A stretch of 64,000 bases of DNA from Candidatus Thorarchaeota archaeon (GTDB lineage: Archaea; Asgardarchaeota; Thorarchaeia; Thorarchaeales; Thorarchaeaceae). Positions within the stretch are counted from its first letter, which is position 1. Each line of letters opens with the position of its first letter. Of the stretch, positions 53,771 to 62,539 are shown piece by piece. The DNA lies in contig JBHLRZ010000012.1 in NCBI GenBank assembly GCA_048882045.1, forward strand, positions 1-64,000, read 5' to 3'. The notes below the pieces were generated by a model. It saw nothing but the letters and a program-made list of their open reading frames with translations. It was not told where the DNA came from and did not search any database. The position numbers and the translations under genes are program-made.

Positions 53771-56619
53771 AGGAGCATAAGGGCACTCATCATTACCCAA
53801 ATCACTGTAACAACGGCTTCTCCAGCAACAATTCCACTCAGTATTCGACTGGTGACACTATATCCTGCATCATAGACCTCAATCTGTTGCTGTTGTAGGT
53901 CCGGAGTTTTTGGACTGAGCCCCTTTTGCTCTTTCATCTTGTAGTTGATGTAACCTCCAATCAGTATCGTGACCGAGGTGGCTGGAGGTATGAGTACTCC
54001 CACAACAAGACTCATTGGACTGAGTCCACGTTTGCTAAGTTCGCGACCAGCGAGAAAACCACCGACTGCCCATGAAAAGAGATACAGAAACATAACAAGG
54101 AGATCTACTCCCTCCAGTCCTCCCAATCCCGGTAATCCAATACCTTCACCAATCCCCTCCAGACTTGTTACAAGAAATCCAAACAGTTGTGCTGCTGGTG
54201 CAGGAAAAGCTGTACTTCCAAACCCATATACACTAAACAGTTGAAAAGTAATCAATGATCCAAACGTTGTTCCGAGCATAGCACCAATAAACACTGCCTT
54301 GACAATGTCTCTCCCACGGACTCCAGTCAACCTACCCAGTTTGAGATGGACCAGTAATGCAATTGCAGAGTCTTGTACTGCACCCAGCATCCCAATGAAA
54401 GTAGTAATCGCTGAGAAGGTGACTTTGAAGAATAGAATTGCTGGAATTGCTACAATGTCAGAAATATACCCAGCAAGCATTCCGGTTTCACTGATTGCCC
54501 TAGCAGTGAAATATGCTGAAACAAGAGCAAGTGGAGTGCCAAATATAAAGAGTAGCCAATGGATCTGTAGTGGTTCTGTTGCACTCTGCAAGAATGGTGT
54601 GAGGAACCAGAACACGATTATTCCTATCACCATAAAGATACTCATCGAAAAGAAGGCTATCCATGGAGGAATCTGACCTCTTCGTGACCGTAGATATCCT
54701 CTCGGATTTTCAACAATCTCTCTGATCTCTTCCCTAAAGGTTTCAATTGAGAACAGCTCTTCTCTTACTCTGAGGACTCTGGGTAGTTCCTTGGTCTTGT
54801 GTGGAGTATCTACTATTATCGCTCCTTCCTCTTCCTCTCTCTTTGAATGTTCCTCGAACTCTTCAGGAGAGAGATTCTTCTCCTTCCTGCCACTGAGGAC
54901 ATCTCCAAGTATTATTGTGACAAAGAGGCCCAATGCAAAATACAATATCTCCGGTCTCTTGAGGTGTGTACTATATGCAATCGTTCCATTTGCGCCCTCG
55001 ATGAATATCCAGATGAGAATCGAGATTATACTGCCTATGGCCATTATGACTGATCTTTTCCATCCTACAAAGAACCCAATGCCAGCAATCATAGGTGAAT
55101 TGCTGATTCCAATCCAATCAGGGATCGCGGCAGCCGCAGGAATGATTGGTCCCAAGGCATGTGGGACAGCGCTCAATGACGCCCCCGTAGTTCCTTCAAC
55201 GATCTTTGAAGTGCCTACCCATGCCCCGGAAGCAGCTATACCCACTCCTACTGATTTCCTTGCCTCAGAGTCGCCTCCAATTGAGTTGATACACTCAGCT
55301 TGAGGTTGAACCTGTGGCCAGGCTTCCTTCTCAAAACGATCACGAAACGGAGCCAATAGAATGAGTCCGAAGATTGCACTGATTCCTGTCGTGAAAATGA
55401 TGAAGATCAATGTGATTGTAGGATCATATGCACTGAGGGTCTTATTGAATAGGGGATTTTCAGTGTCGAAAATTGCTATTGCAGGGTATGTCATTAGTAC
55501 TCCAATAGCGACCATTGATGAGGAGTTGGCTATCGCCACCACAACAGCGTTCTCTTCTCGAGTATATACTCCATATATGCTCAGGAAAATCGCACCAAGC
55601 ATCTCAGCTCCTACCAGAAAAACAACCCCTAGTTTCAAGGCTAGGTAGATGCCCATAAACGTCATCACAATGCCTACAATCAATCCGGTACCTAAAGCGC
55701 GTTTTGTAAGGGGAAACTTTGGTTCTGCCCTGACAATTCCATAGATGGCCAATCCTCCTATAGCCATGACCACGGCCTCAGTGAAGAATGCAAAATAGGA
55801 ACTTAGGATTAGATACATAATCATCAGGAATGAAATAGCACCCAGCATTTTCTTATCAGGTGGTGGTCTAAACACTGATAGATAGAGCAGGGCTATCTCT
55901 AGGACTAATGCAAAGATCACATCTGGATGGGACCATCTCCCCTCTGCCATTAAGATTAATGTGTAAAATATCCCTGCGGAAAAGAGTCCTGCAAGGAATG
56001 ACCTCTTCGGGTCAGGTCTCACCTTTGTCGTCATTACAATGTAGATAACAAGAGCTCCAATTGTAATGATCGTCATCTCTGAGAAAATTCCGAAAAACAG
56101 ACTGAAAGGCAGATAGATTGCTGTGACAAAGACAGCTACTACCAGCTCTTTGAGCTCAAACGGCTTTCTGTACAATGTGAAATAGAGTAGTGTCGAAGTG
56201 GTCACAAGAGAGATTACGACGTCAGGATGGAACCATCTTCCCATGATCATTAGAATTATTGAGTATAACGCTCCAGCTGAGAATAATCCTGAAAGAAGAG
56301 ATTTTGTTATGACAGGTCTAAAAATTGTCGTTATTACCAGATAGAACAATGCAATTGCAATTGCGACAATAACCATCTCTGAAAAAATACCTATCAAGAA
56401 ACTGAGTGGGATATAGATTGCAGAGAAACAGAAAATCATCACACGACCTATAAAGTCTGGAGGAGGGCGGTAAAGCGAGAGATATAGGAATACAAAGGAT
56501 GTCAGAAGAGCAATGATGACAGCTGGCTCAGCATAGCGTCCCATGACCATTGCAAACAGAACATAGAAGATAAATCCTGAAAAGATATAGCTTAGGAATC
56601 TTCTAGTTCGGTCCTTCAA
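53767..56619 (-). CDS. OPT/YSL-family transporter with a triplicated N-terminal membrane module
   Basis: LTKRALGTG, YLALKLG, EEN, ETG and FPAPAA motifs; three GR[YW]..P.V repeats at the N-terminus. Confidence 0.8.
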   Translation of the reverse strand: MKDRTRRFLSYIFSGFIFYVLFAMVMGRYAEPAVIIALLTSFVFLYLSLYRPPPDFIGRVMIFCFSAIYIPLSFLIGIFSEMVIVAIAIALFYLVITTIFRPVITKSLLSGLFSAGALYSIILMIMGRWFHPDVVISLVTTSTLLYFTLYRKPFELKELVVAVFVTAIYLPFSLFFGIFSEMTIITIGALVIYIVMTTKVRPDPKRSFLAGLFSAGIFYTLILMAEGRWSHPDVIFALVLEIALLYLSVFRPPPDKKMLGAISFLMIMYLILSSYFAFFTEAVVMAIGGLAIYGIVRAEPKFPLTKRALGTGLIVGIVMTFMGIYLALKLGVVFLVGAEMLGAIFLSIYGVYTREENAVVVAIANSSSMVAIGVLMTYPAIAIFDTENPLFNKTLSAYDPTITLIFIIFTTGISAIFGLILLAPFRDRFEKEAWPQVQPQAECINSIGGDSEARKSVGVGIAASGAWVGTSKIVEGTTGASLSAVPHALGPIIPAAAAIPDWIGISNSPMIAGIGFFVGWKRSVIMAIGSIISILIWIFIEGANGTIAYSTHLKRPEILYFALGLFVTIILGDVLSGRKEKNLSPEEFEEHSKREEEEGAIIVDTPHKTKELPRVLRVREELFSIETFREEIREIVENPRGYLRSRRGQIPPWIAFFSMSIFMVIGIIVFWFLTPFLQSATEPLQIHWLLFIFGTPLALVSAYFTARAISETGMLAGYISDIVAIPAILFFKVTFSAITTFIGMLGAVQDSAIALLVHLKLGRLTGVRGRDIVKAVFIGAMLGTTFGSLITFQLFSVYGFGSTAFPAPAAQLFGFLVTSLEGIGEGIGLPGLGGLEGVDLLVMFLYLFSWAVGGFLAGRELSKRGLSPMSLVVGVLIPPATSVTILIGGYINYKMKEQKGLSPKTPDLQQQQIEVYDAGYSVTSRILSGIVAGEAVVTVIWVMMSALMLL

Positions 56620-56692
56620 TGCTGTTTTCTCCGGGTCGATCGAGGTCTATGGTCCTTCCTACATCTGGCCATCAAATCCTGTATATAACTGC

Positions 56693-56992
56693 CTATGTCA
56701 TATCTGACAGATTTTTTCTGACACTCTCAAGGCTCATTCCCTGAATAAGAAGAGTCTTCTCTCTTGACTTGTGTCCTGCAACAAGGGTGATATTACTTGT
56801 AGAGGTCGATAGTACTTTAGCCATTTTCTTAATCAGTTCTGAATTTGCCTTCCCTTCTCTTGCGGGACTATTCAGATTTAGCACTATGACCTCTGACGAT
56901 ATCTCGGCAACAAGATTCTTCTCTCTTGACCTAGGACGTACGACCACTTTGAGAAGAATTCCTCTCTCAGTTTCCCAAATTGCAGAACTCAT
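56693..56992 (-). CDS. UPF0235/DUF167 (YggU-like) protein
   Basis: PAREGKANSELI and GHKSREK motifs. Confidence 0.9.
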   Translation of the reverse strand: MSSAIWETERGILLKVVVRPRSREKNLVAEISSEVIVLNLNSPAREGKANSELIKKMAKVLSTSTSNITLVAGHKSREKTLLIQGMSLESVRKNLSDMT

Positions 56993-57108
56993 GATGATTT
57001 GTCAGCACTTGTCTATATGAGTTCTGTCACGGTACTCGTCAAAGATTTGTTTATTTGTGGAATATACAGGAGGTTCTTGTTGACCGTAGAAGTACGGGGT
57101 GAATTCAC

Positions 57109-57495
57109 ATGAGCGATCCTGTAATGGATGCATATACGCAAGCATACAATAGTTCAGGCAATATGGTTCAAGCTTTTGGCGTGATAACTGAAAGCGGACA
57201 AGTCCTATGGCAGAGTAACAACTGGGACCTTACAGCTGAGGCGTCCAGTCTAATTTCTGCTGTTAAATCGAGAAGCTCTTCAGTCGTGCAGAACTCAGTC
57301 AAATATAGCACAATGAGGTCTACTCCTGAGAGTCTAGTGGCTCGCAATGTCCAGGGGAATGGAATCCTCATCCTGACAAAGATTGACGCTGCAGGTGACC
57401 GATGGGTTGTAGCATGGGCTGATGCAAGTGCACAGCCAGATGGTGTCTACGTAGACGTTGACCGTGCTGCAAAGACCCTTCGTGGTAAGATTTAA
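57109..57495 (+). CDS. Asgard profilin-like protein 1
   Basis: G.VLWQSNNWDL, VKY and ARNVQGNGILIL match the Asgard profilin pattern; 128 aa. Confidence 0.8.
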   Translation: MSDPVMDAYTQAYNSSGNMVQAFGVITESGQVLWQSNNWDLTAEASSLISAVKSRSSSVVQNSVKYSTMRSTPESLVARNVQGNGILILTKIDAAGDRWVVAWADASAQPDGVYVDVDRAAKTLRGKI

Positions 57496-57566
57496 TCGAG
57501 AAATCAGGGGGACTTTCTGAGACGAATCCCCCTAGATTACTCCTCTCAGAATCTGGAGGCCTTCTT

Positions 57567-57941
57567 TTGAGCTCGACAATAGGAAACGAATGGACACAAC
57601 TCTACTCGAACAATCCTAAGGTCCAAGCGTTCGCAGTCGCCAAGGATGAGGCCATCATTTGGCAGACCGATAATTGGGACTTGGTAGAGGATGTAGAAGG
57701 GATCATTAAAGCAATCTCTGGTGACAAAGGTAGCGTTTCTGTTGGAGGAGTCAAATACAAACGAGTCTCATCATCAGATGACTCCTATCTTGCCACAGCT
57801 GACAACGACCAAGGACATCTTCTCATTGTCAAGATCGACGAGAATGCTTGGGCTGTTGCTTTTGCAGTCCCTATTGCAATACCTGAGCTTTCAATCATAG
57901 ACGTGAAAAAGACTGCAACACAGCTAAAAGGTCACGTCTGA
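57567..57941 (+). CDS. Asgard profilin-like protein 2
   Basis: IIWQTDNWDL, GGVKY and QGHLLI; paralog of the upstream gene. Confidence 0.75.
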   Translation: MSSTIGNEWTQLYSNNPKVQAFAVAKDEAIIWQTDNWDLVEDVEGIIKAISGDKGSVSVGGVKYKRVSSSDDSYLATADNDQGHLLIVKIDENAWAVAFAVPIAIPELSIIDVKKTATQLKGHV

Positions 57942-57943
57942 TC

Positions 57944-58738
57944 TCATTTTCCTGGAAATAGTATTTCCCTGATTCTGTATATGATATCCATATACTCCTT
58001 AGATCCTAAGGAGTAATAATCTAGCAGCATCTCATACATACTCAGAATCTCTTTGTTTGCCACATCTAGGCTGACCATCTCTGCAATCTTGGTCCTCCAC
58101 TCGTGTTGCATTTTTGCTCTTTTGACACTTAGCTCCAAGAGCTCTGTGCGCTGTTCTTCAGAGAGATTAAGGTTGAATGCGTCTAGCATCTTTAACGTGT
58201 AATCTTCAAGCTTCTCCCTGATGCGTTTCTCCTCAGTACCCCACGCACCTGTGGTCAACATAAATCCCTTCGCAGTTCTACGATAGTAATCGGTTGTTCT
58301 CTTTCCGGTTTTGACAGTACCATACTTGACAACATATCCTGCCTTTTCTAAAATTGGTAGATGGTGGTAAACCTGATTCTTCGTGATCTTTTCACCGTCA
58401 TAGCAACACTCAGGTGACTGTTTCACTATCTCGACCACAGACAAGACATTTCGTTTGACTTTTCTCCTTGTTCTGATGGTTGTATCTCCCTCAACGGTTT
58501 CTGTGGTGATGGTGTCTTCGATTCCTTTTCGTAAGACTTGCAAGATGTTGTATCGCACAATCTCATCCAAGACTTCTGCCTTTTCGTCGTCTGTCACAAA
58601 AATGATCTCTTTCTGAGGTTCCTTGCCCTCTTTCGTATACTTTATTCCTTTGAGGCTGTCCGTTTCTTCCGTCGTAAAGTCTGTGTCATCGCCCATATTA
58701 TTCTTCACCAATGCATTTCTGATCCGTCGATTCTTCAA
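57944..58738 (-). CDS. Winged-helix (ArsR-like) transcription regulator; start possibly 58696
   Basis: VRYNILQVLR and NQVYHHLPILEKAGYV...YYRRTAK. Confidence 0.75.
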   Translation of the reverse strand: MKNRRIRNALVKNNMGDDTDFTTEETDSLKGIKYTKEGKEPQKEIIFVTDDEKAEVLDEIVRYNILQVLRKGIEDTITTETVEGDTTIRTRRKVKRNVLSVVEIVKQSPECCYDGEKITKNQVYHHLPILEKAGYVVKYGTVKTGKRTTDYYRRTAKGFMLTTGAWGTEEKRIREKLEDYTLKMLDAFNLNLSEEQRTELLELSVKRAKMQHEWRTKIAEMVSLDVANKEILSMYEMLLDYYSLGSKEYMDIIYRIREILFPGK

Positions 58739-59010
58739 GCGACTCGGATAGCCCTGGAATCGTTGGTCCTCATTTTTCTCATGGGTTTTGGATTTTAAAA
58801 CCCACTAGGAGCGCTTTAAACTGCTCCTTGCTTGTTCTATAATCGTATATGGCTAAATATAAGTTTGTTGTTCAGACTATTTGTGTGCTATGTACGTGAT
58901 TTTATAACCAAATACTGAATTTTAGTGTTTAACAACAACGTAAAAAACCTAAATGGTTGGTGGCACAAACCTTATATACAATTTTAGTGTGACAGAACCT
59001 GTGAAACATC

Positions 59011-59118
59011 ATGGCTTTCGTGAGACTAACGAACAACGAACGTGAGAAGTTGAATAACAAGATGGCGAAGGTCCAAACAGCCTACGCCCTCGCATACTCT
59101 TACCAGTACAGGAGGTAA
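59011..59118 (+). CDS. Micro-ORF 1, 35 aa (MAFVRLTNNEREKLNNKMAKVQTAYALAYSYQYRR)
   Basis: Manual translation; TATA-like TTATATA about 35 nt upstream. Confidence 0.55.
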   Translation: MAFVRLTNNEREKLNNKMAKVQTAYALAYSYQYRR

Positions 59119-59125
59119 ACAAGAA

Positions 59126-59218
59126 ATGGCACTAGCTAAGACAGTCCCAAGGAAGAAGTACGTTGACAAGAAACAGATTTCTACTGAGGCTATCACTCAT
59201 TCCTACAAGTACAGGTAG
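59126..59218 (+). CDS. Micro-ORF 2, 30 aa (MALAKTVPRKKYVDKKQISTEAITHSYKYR)
   Basis: Strong GGAGGT RBS 10 nt upstream; shares the SY[QK]YR ending with ORF 1. Confidence 0.55.
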   Translation: MALAKTVPRKKYVDKKQISTEAITHSYKYR

Positions 59219-59224
59219 ATTGCA

Positions 59225-59341
59225 ATGACTCCGATCAACGAACAAATTGCATTCCTCCCTGAAAAGGAGAGCCGTTCAGTAGACGCGGACAAGCGTCCAG
59301 TACTTACTACTGAAGAAGTGCTCTTGTTGGAAGCAACCTGA
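59225..59341 (+). CDS. Micro-ORF 3, 38 aa (MTPINEQIAFLPEKESRSVDADKRPVLTTEEVLLLEAT)
   Basis: Starts 6 nt after ORF 2 with an AGGT RBS-like motif; followed by CTCTTTTT. Confidence 0.4.
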   Translation: MTPINEQIAFLPEKESRSVDADKRPVLTTEEVLLLEAT

Positions 59342-59393
59342 GCACTCCAACTCTTTTTGCCGATATACTCTGGTGATTTCTCACCAATACGCA

Positions 59394-60185
59394 TCATTTT
59401 CTGAAACTGATTTGATAGAAGGTCTCGTTCATGACATAGGTCAACTCTACATCTTTTGCCTTCTCTGGAATATGTTGTAGAGGAGGTCGTGCTGCAAAGA
59501 GTGAGTTGGCCTCTATGATTGCCTTTCCTTCCTCCGTTTCCATCTTCTTGGGTGAAAGCCCTTCATCCACAACGATAATGACTCCACCTGGCTTTGCGAT
59601 TCGAAGCATCTCGTTGAGAGAGCCTGGAATGTCTGAGAAAGTGTTGATACCACCAGAATGCAATACAATGTCGAACTGGTTCTTCTGATATGGGATGTTG
59701 AAGACGCTACCATGGGTAAGACTAACATAGAGCCCAACCTCGACAAACTTCCGTTGAGAAACAGCAAGCATCCCTGTTGAGAGGTCCATCCCATGTAGAT
59801 TGAACCTGTCCATCTGTTTCTCGAATTGATCATGAATGGCTATGAAGTTGGCTCCGGTTCCAATGCTGACATCTATTATCTTCACTGGGCCCTCTATTGG
59901 AATAAACATATGGAAATTCTGACGTTCCTTCATCAGATCTATACCTAGCCAGTCATCGTATTGTTTGACCAGCTCGTCGTAGGTTTCAGCCATCTCGTCA
60001 TATTCTGATATCCACTTAGCATCTTCATCGCTGATCGGAGGATGCACCAGCGATGGTATTCCCTTACTTACAGACCAGATGTGTCCCTTCACACAGACAA
60101 TTTCTCCCTCCATGAGGTCTCCGTTACTTCGCAGTTCTTTCCCGCACTTAGGACATCTCAGGACCTTTAGATGGGCATCATCCAT
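59394..60185 (-). CDS. Class I SAM methyltransferase (UbiE-like) with an N-terminal Trm112-like Zn ribbon
   Basis: LRCPKC...C..GH.W....GIP.L, followed by DVSIGTG and DLSTGML. Confidence 0.85.
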   Translation of the reverse strand: MDDAHLKVLRCPKCGKELRSNGDLMEGEIVCVKGHIWSVSKGIPSLVHPPISDEDAKWISEYDEMAETYDELVKQYDDWLGIDLMKERQNFHMFIPIEGPVKIIDVSIGTGANFIAIHDQFEKQMDRFNLHGMDLSTGMLAVSQRKFVEVGLYVSLTHGSVFNIPYQKNQFDIVLHSGGINTFSDIPGSLNEMLRIAKPGGVIIVVDEGLSPKKMETEEGKAIIEANSLFAARPPLQHIPEKAKDVELTYVMNETFYQISFRK

Positions 60186-60285
60186 TGTATCGCCTCACAC
60201 TACTACAGGTCATTCGGTTAAAATATGAATCGAATGAGATTTTGTACATCATAGGATATGTTATCCTAAGACGTTGGGTTTCTGA

Positions 60286-61140
60286 CTATTCCCTCATGAC
60301 ACTCTGAATCATCGCCTCGACCCCTGACAGAACTGTCTTGACAACCTGCCACTGAATCATCACGACAAGTCTGCTTCGGATGTGCAAAGCCCACGGTTGT
60401 GAGCTCTCATCACTTGGAAGAAACACTCCCACACTCTCTCTTCCATCAACGTTCATGATAAGCATCCTCGTTGGTTCCATCTCGTCTGGATGGAGATCGG
60501 GTGGCGTCTGAAATACTTCCTTGAAACTCTCTAACAGTATTTCCTTACTTGGCATTGCAATCTTGATGTCCAAGTAGTGCTTTAGATCCTCTATCTCCAT
60601 AGCCCCCGGGGTTGTAGTGTATACCTCTATTTTGACATCTCGGTTCTTAGCCGAGCTGAATGCCCCTCTCAGTCTGCCCAAGAGAACAGGTGACGCTGAG
60701 GCAATTGACACGAACTCCTCAGCCTCTTCAATTGCTGACCGTAATCCAACAATGACCTGATCCATTCCTTCAACAGCCCAGGCAAACTCCTTCGGTCGAG
60801 TATCTCTCAGTACTTGGAGTCCTTGAAGGACTTTACGGGCACTTGAGGCTGAGCTCTTCACTTTCTCTTCTAGGTGGTCTAATGCAGCATCAACAGGAGC
60901 AGGATCGAACTCTGTAGGATCACTTCCTGTGACCTTCTTGATTATCCCTCTCTTGTCTAGCATATCAAGGGTTTCATACACTTTGCTTCGAGGAATGCCT
61001 GACTCCTCTGCGATTTCTCTTGCTGTGGATCTACCAATCTTGACAAGAGCATGATACGCCTTTGCTTCATTCTTGGTAAGACCGAGGCTGGTAAGGTCAT
61101 TGACAATAGTGTCTTGAACCACATCGACCACCTTAGACAC
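60286..61140 (-). CDS. TrmB-family transcription regulator
   Basis: LGLTKNEAKAY and SGIPRSKVYETL motifs. Confidence 0.92.
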   Translation of the reverse strand: MSKVVDVVQDTIVNDLTSLGLTKNEAKAYHALVKIGRSTAREIAEESGIPRSKVYETLDMLDKRGIIKKVTGSDPTEFDPAPVDAALDHLEEKVKSSASSARKVLQGLQVLRDTRPKEFAWAVEGMDQVIVGLRSAIEEAEEFVSIASASPVLLGRLRGAFSSAKNRDVKIEVYTTTPGAMEIEDLKHYLDIKIAMPSKEILLESFKEVFQTPPDLHPDEMEPTRMLIMNVDGRESVGVFLPSDESSQPWALHIRSRLVVMIQWQVVKTVLSGVEAMIQSVMRE

Positions 61141-61167
61141 CTAATTCGATTTGAATATTAAATCTCT

Positions 61168-61186
61168 TGTCACTTTAGGAGTGACA
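61168..61186. promoter_or_regulatory. Palindromic operator candidate TGTCAC-N7-GTGACA
   Basis: Upstream of the TrmB gene; a second copy lies at 61511. Confidence 0.6.
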
Positions 61187-61194
61187 CAAAAACC

Positions 61195-61470
61195 TCATTC
61201 ATTATCTATATCTTCGCCTTCAATTATCCTTTCGATTTCATAGAGGCGACCAACGATTGCAACACCCTTGTCGGTCAGGGAGAGATACGGACTATCATTC
61301 TCTCCACGGAGGAGATAGACCAGCTCTTCTTTCACTAGTCTGTCCCGTATTTTGTCATAGTTCTCGTCTGAAGCCATGTTTGCCCTGAGGTCCTTTTCAA
61401 ACCTGTCCCCCCATATGATTTGGAAAAGAATCTCACGAACTTCCGGTCGGACTAGAAACTCAATTGTCAT
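61195..61470 (-). CDS. Small winged-helix protein
   Basis: C-terminal Y.SLTDKG..I wing motif. Confidence 0.65.
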   Translation of the reverse strand: MTIEFLVRPEVREILFQIIWGDRFEKDLRANMASDENYDKIRDRLVKEELVYLLRGENDSPYLSLTDKGVAIVGRLYEIERIIEGEDIDNE

Positions 61471-61510
61471 GTTTCTCTCTACAGGTTCCCAGCTGTAATG
61501 AAGTCTATGC

Positions 61511-61529
61511 TGTCATCCCCAGAGTGACA
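61511..61529. promoter_or_regulatory. Palindromic operator candidate TGTCAT-N7-GTGACA
   Basis: In the divergent promoter region before the ABC operon. Confidence 0.6.
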
Positions 61530-61566
61530 CCAGCATAATATGTTCTCGAGCTACTTTCATACCTAG

Positions 61567-62538
61567 GTGATTCTACTGGCTTCAATAGTTGAAATATCGA
61601 ATCTTTCCCACATCTACAGTGGCGACATCAAGGCGCTTGATGATCTTTCTTTCAGTGTAGAGGAAGGAGAGCTGATCGCTCTTCTTGGACCGAACGGAGC
61701 TGGCAAGTCAACAACTGTAAAGATGATAACTGGAATCCTGAAACCCACATCTGGTAGTGTCAAGGTTTCAGGCCACGAGGTCACAGATAGTCTGGATGAA
61801 GTCAGGAAACTCATAGGTTTCATGCCACAAGAAACTGCACTCTATCAGGACTTGACCGCACATGAGGCACTCGAGTATCATGCTGAGCTCTATGGGGTTC
61901 CCAAAGAAGAGGTAAAGGATCGTATTTCCAAGATGCTCGAATTAGCTGGTCTCACTTATCGAAAAGATGATTTGGTGAAGACCTATTCTGGTGGAATGAA
62001 GAGGCGACTAGCGCTCGTACGGTCAATATTGCATGACTCCGAACTCCTCATCCTTGATGAAATGTCATTGGGTGTAGATGTCCAGAGTCGAAACCTGATA
62101 TGGAATCAGGTTCGCAAGATGAGGGATGAAGGAAGGACAGTCATTTTCTGCACGAACTACATGGATGAGGCCGAAGCTTTGGCAGACCGAGTTGTTGTAA
62201 TTGACAATGGACGTCTTGTTGCTAGTGGGACACCTAGTGATTTGAAACGTCAATATGTTGGGGATTTTTTGATTGAGGTCTTGTTGGAAGGAATGGACTC
62301 CTCACAAGACTCAGAATGGTTGACCAAAAGCATCGGCTTTGAGGTGGAGAAGGTTTCAGACCCACTGAACGGAGGGCCCAGAACAGCTTGGATTCGTAGT
62401 CAATCGGGTCACTCAGATCTACCTCTAGTGATTGGTAAACTGTCTGAAATTGGATTGATAGTTAAGCAGGCATCCATGAGAGAACCATCTCTTGGAGATG
62501 TCTTCCTTGCGATCACTGGCTCGAAATTGAGGGATTGA
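61567..62538 (+). CDS. ABC-2 exporter ATP-binding subunit (DrrA-like)
   Basis: GPNGAGKS, YSGGMKRR and LILDE motifs. Confidence 0.93.
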   Translation: MILLASIVEISNLSHIYSGDIKALDDLSFSVEEGELIALLGPNGAGKSTTVKMITGILKPTSGSVKVSGHEVTDSLDEVRKLIGFMPQETALYQDLTAHEALEYHAELYGVPKEEVKDRISKMLELAGLTYRKDDLVKTYSGGMKRRLALVRSILHDSELLILDEMSLGVDVQSRNLIWNQVRKMRDEGRTVIFCTNYMDEAEALADRVVVIDNGRLVASGTPSDLKRQYVGDFLIEVLLEGMDSSQDSEWLTKSIGFEVEKVSDPLNGGPRTAWIRSQSGHSDLPLVIGKLSEIGLIVKQASMREPSLGDVFLAITGSKLRD

Positions 62539-62539
62539 T

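Noticed and set aside
59203-59397. 64-aa minus-strand ORF following the methyltransferase
   Set aside because: No recognisable features, and it is antisense to micro-ORFs 2-3, which have better RBS and promoter support. Cannot be fully excluded given its 4-bp overlap with the MTase stop.
59339-59404. Selenocysteine read-through of the micro-ORF 3 TGA
   Set aside because: No redox motif context or SECIS-like hairpin seen, and a T-tract follows.
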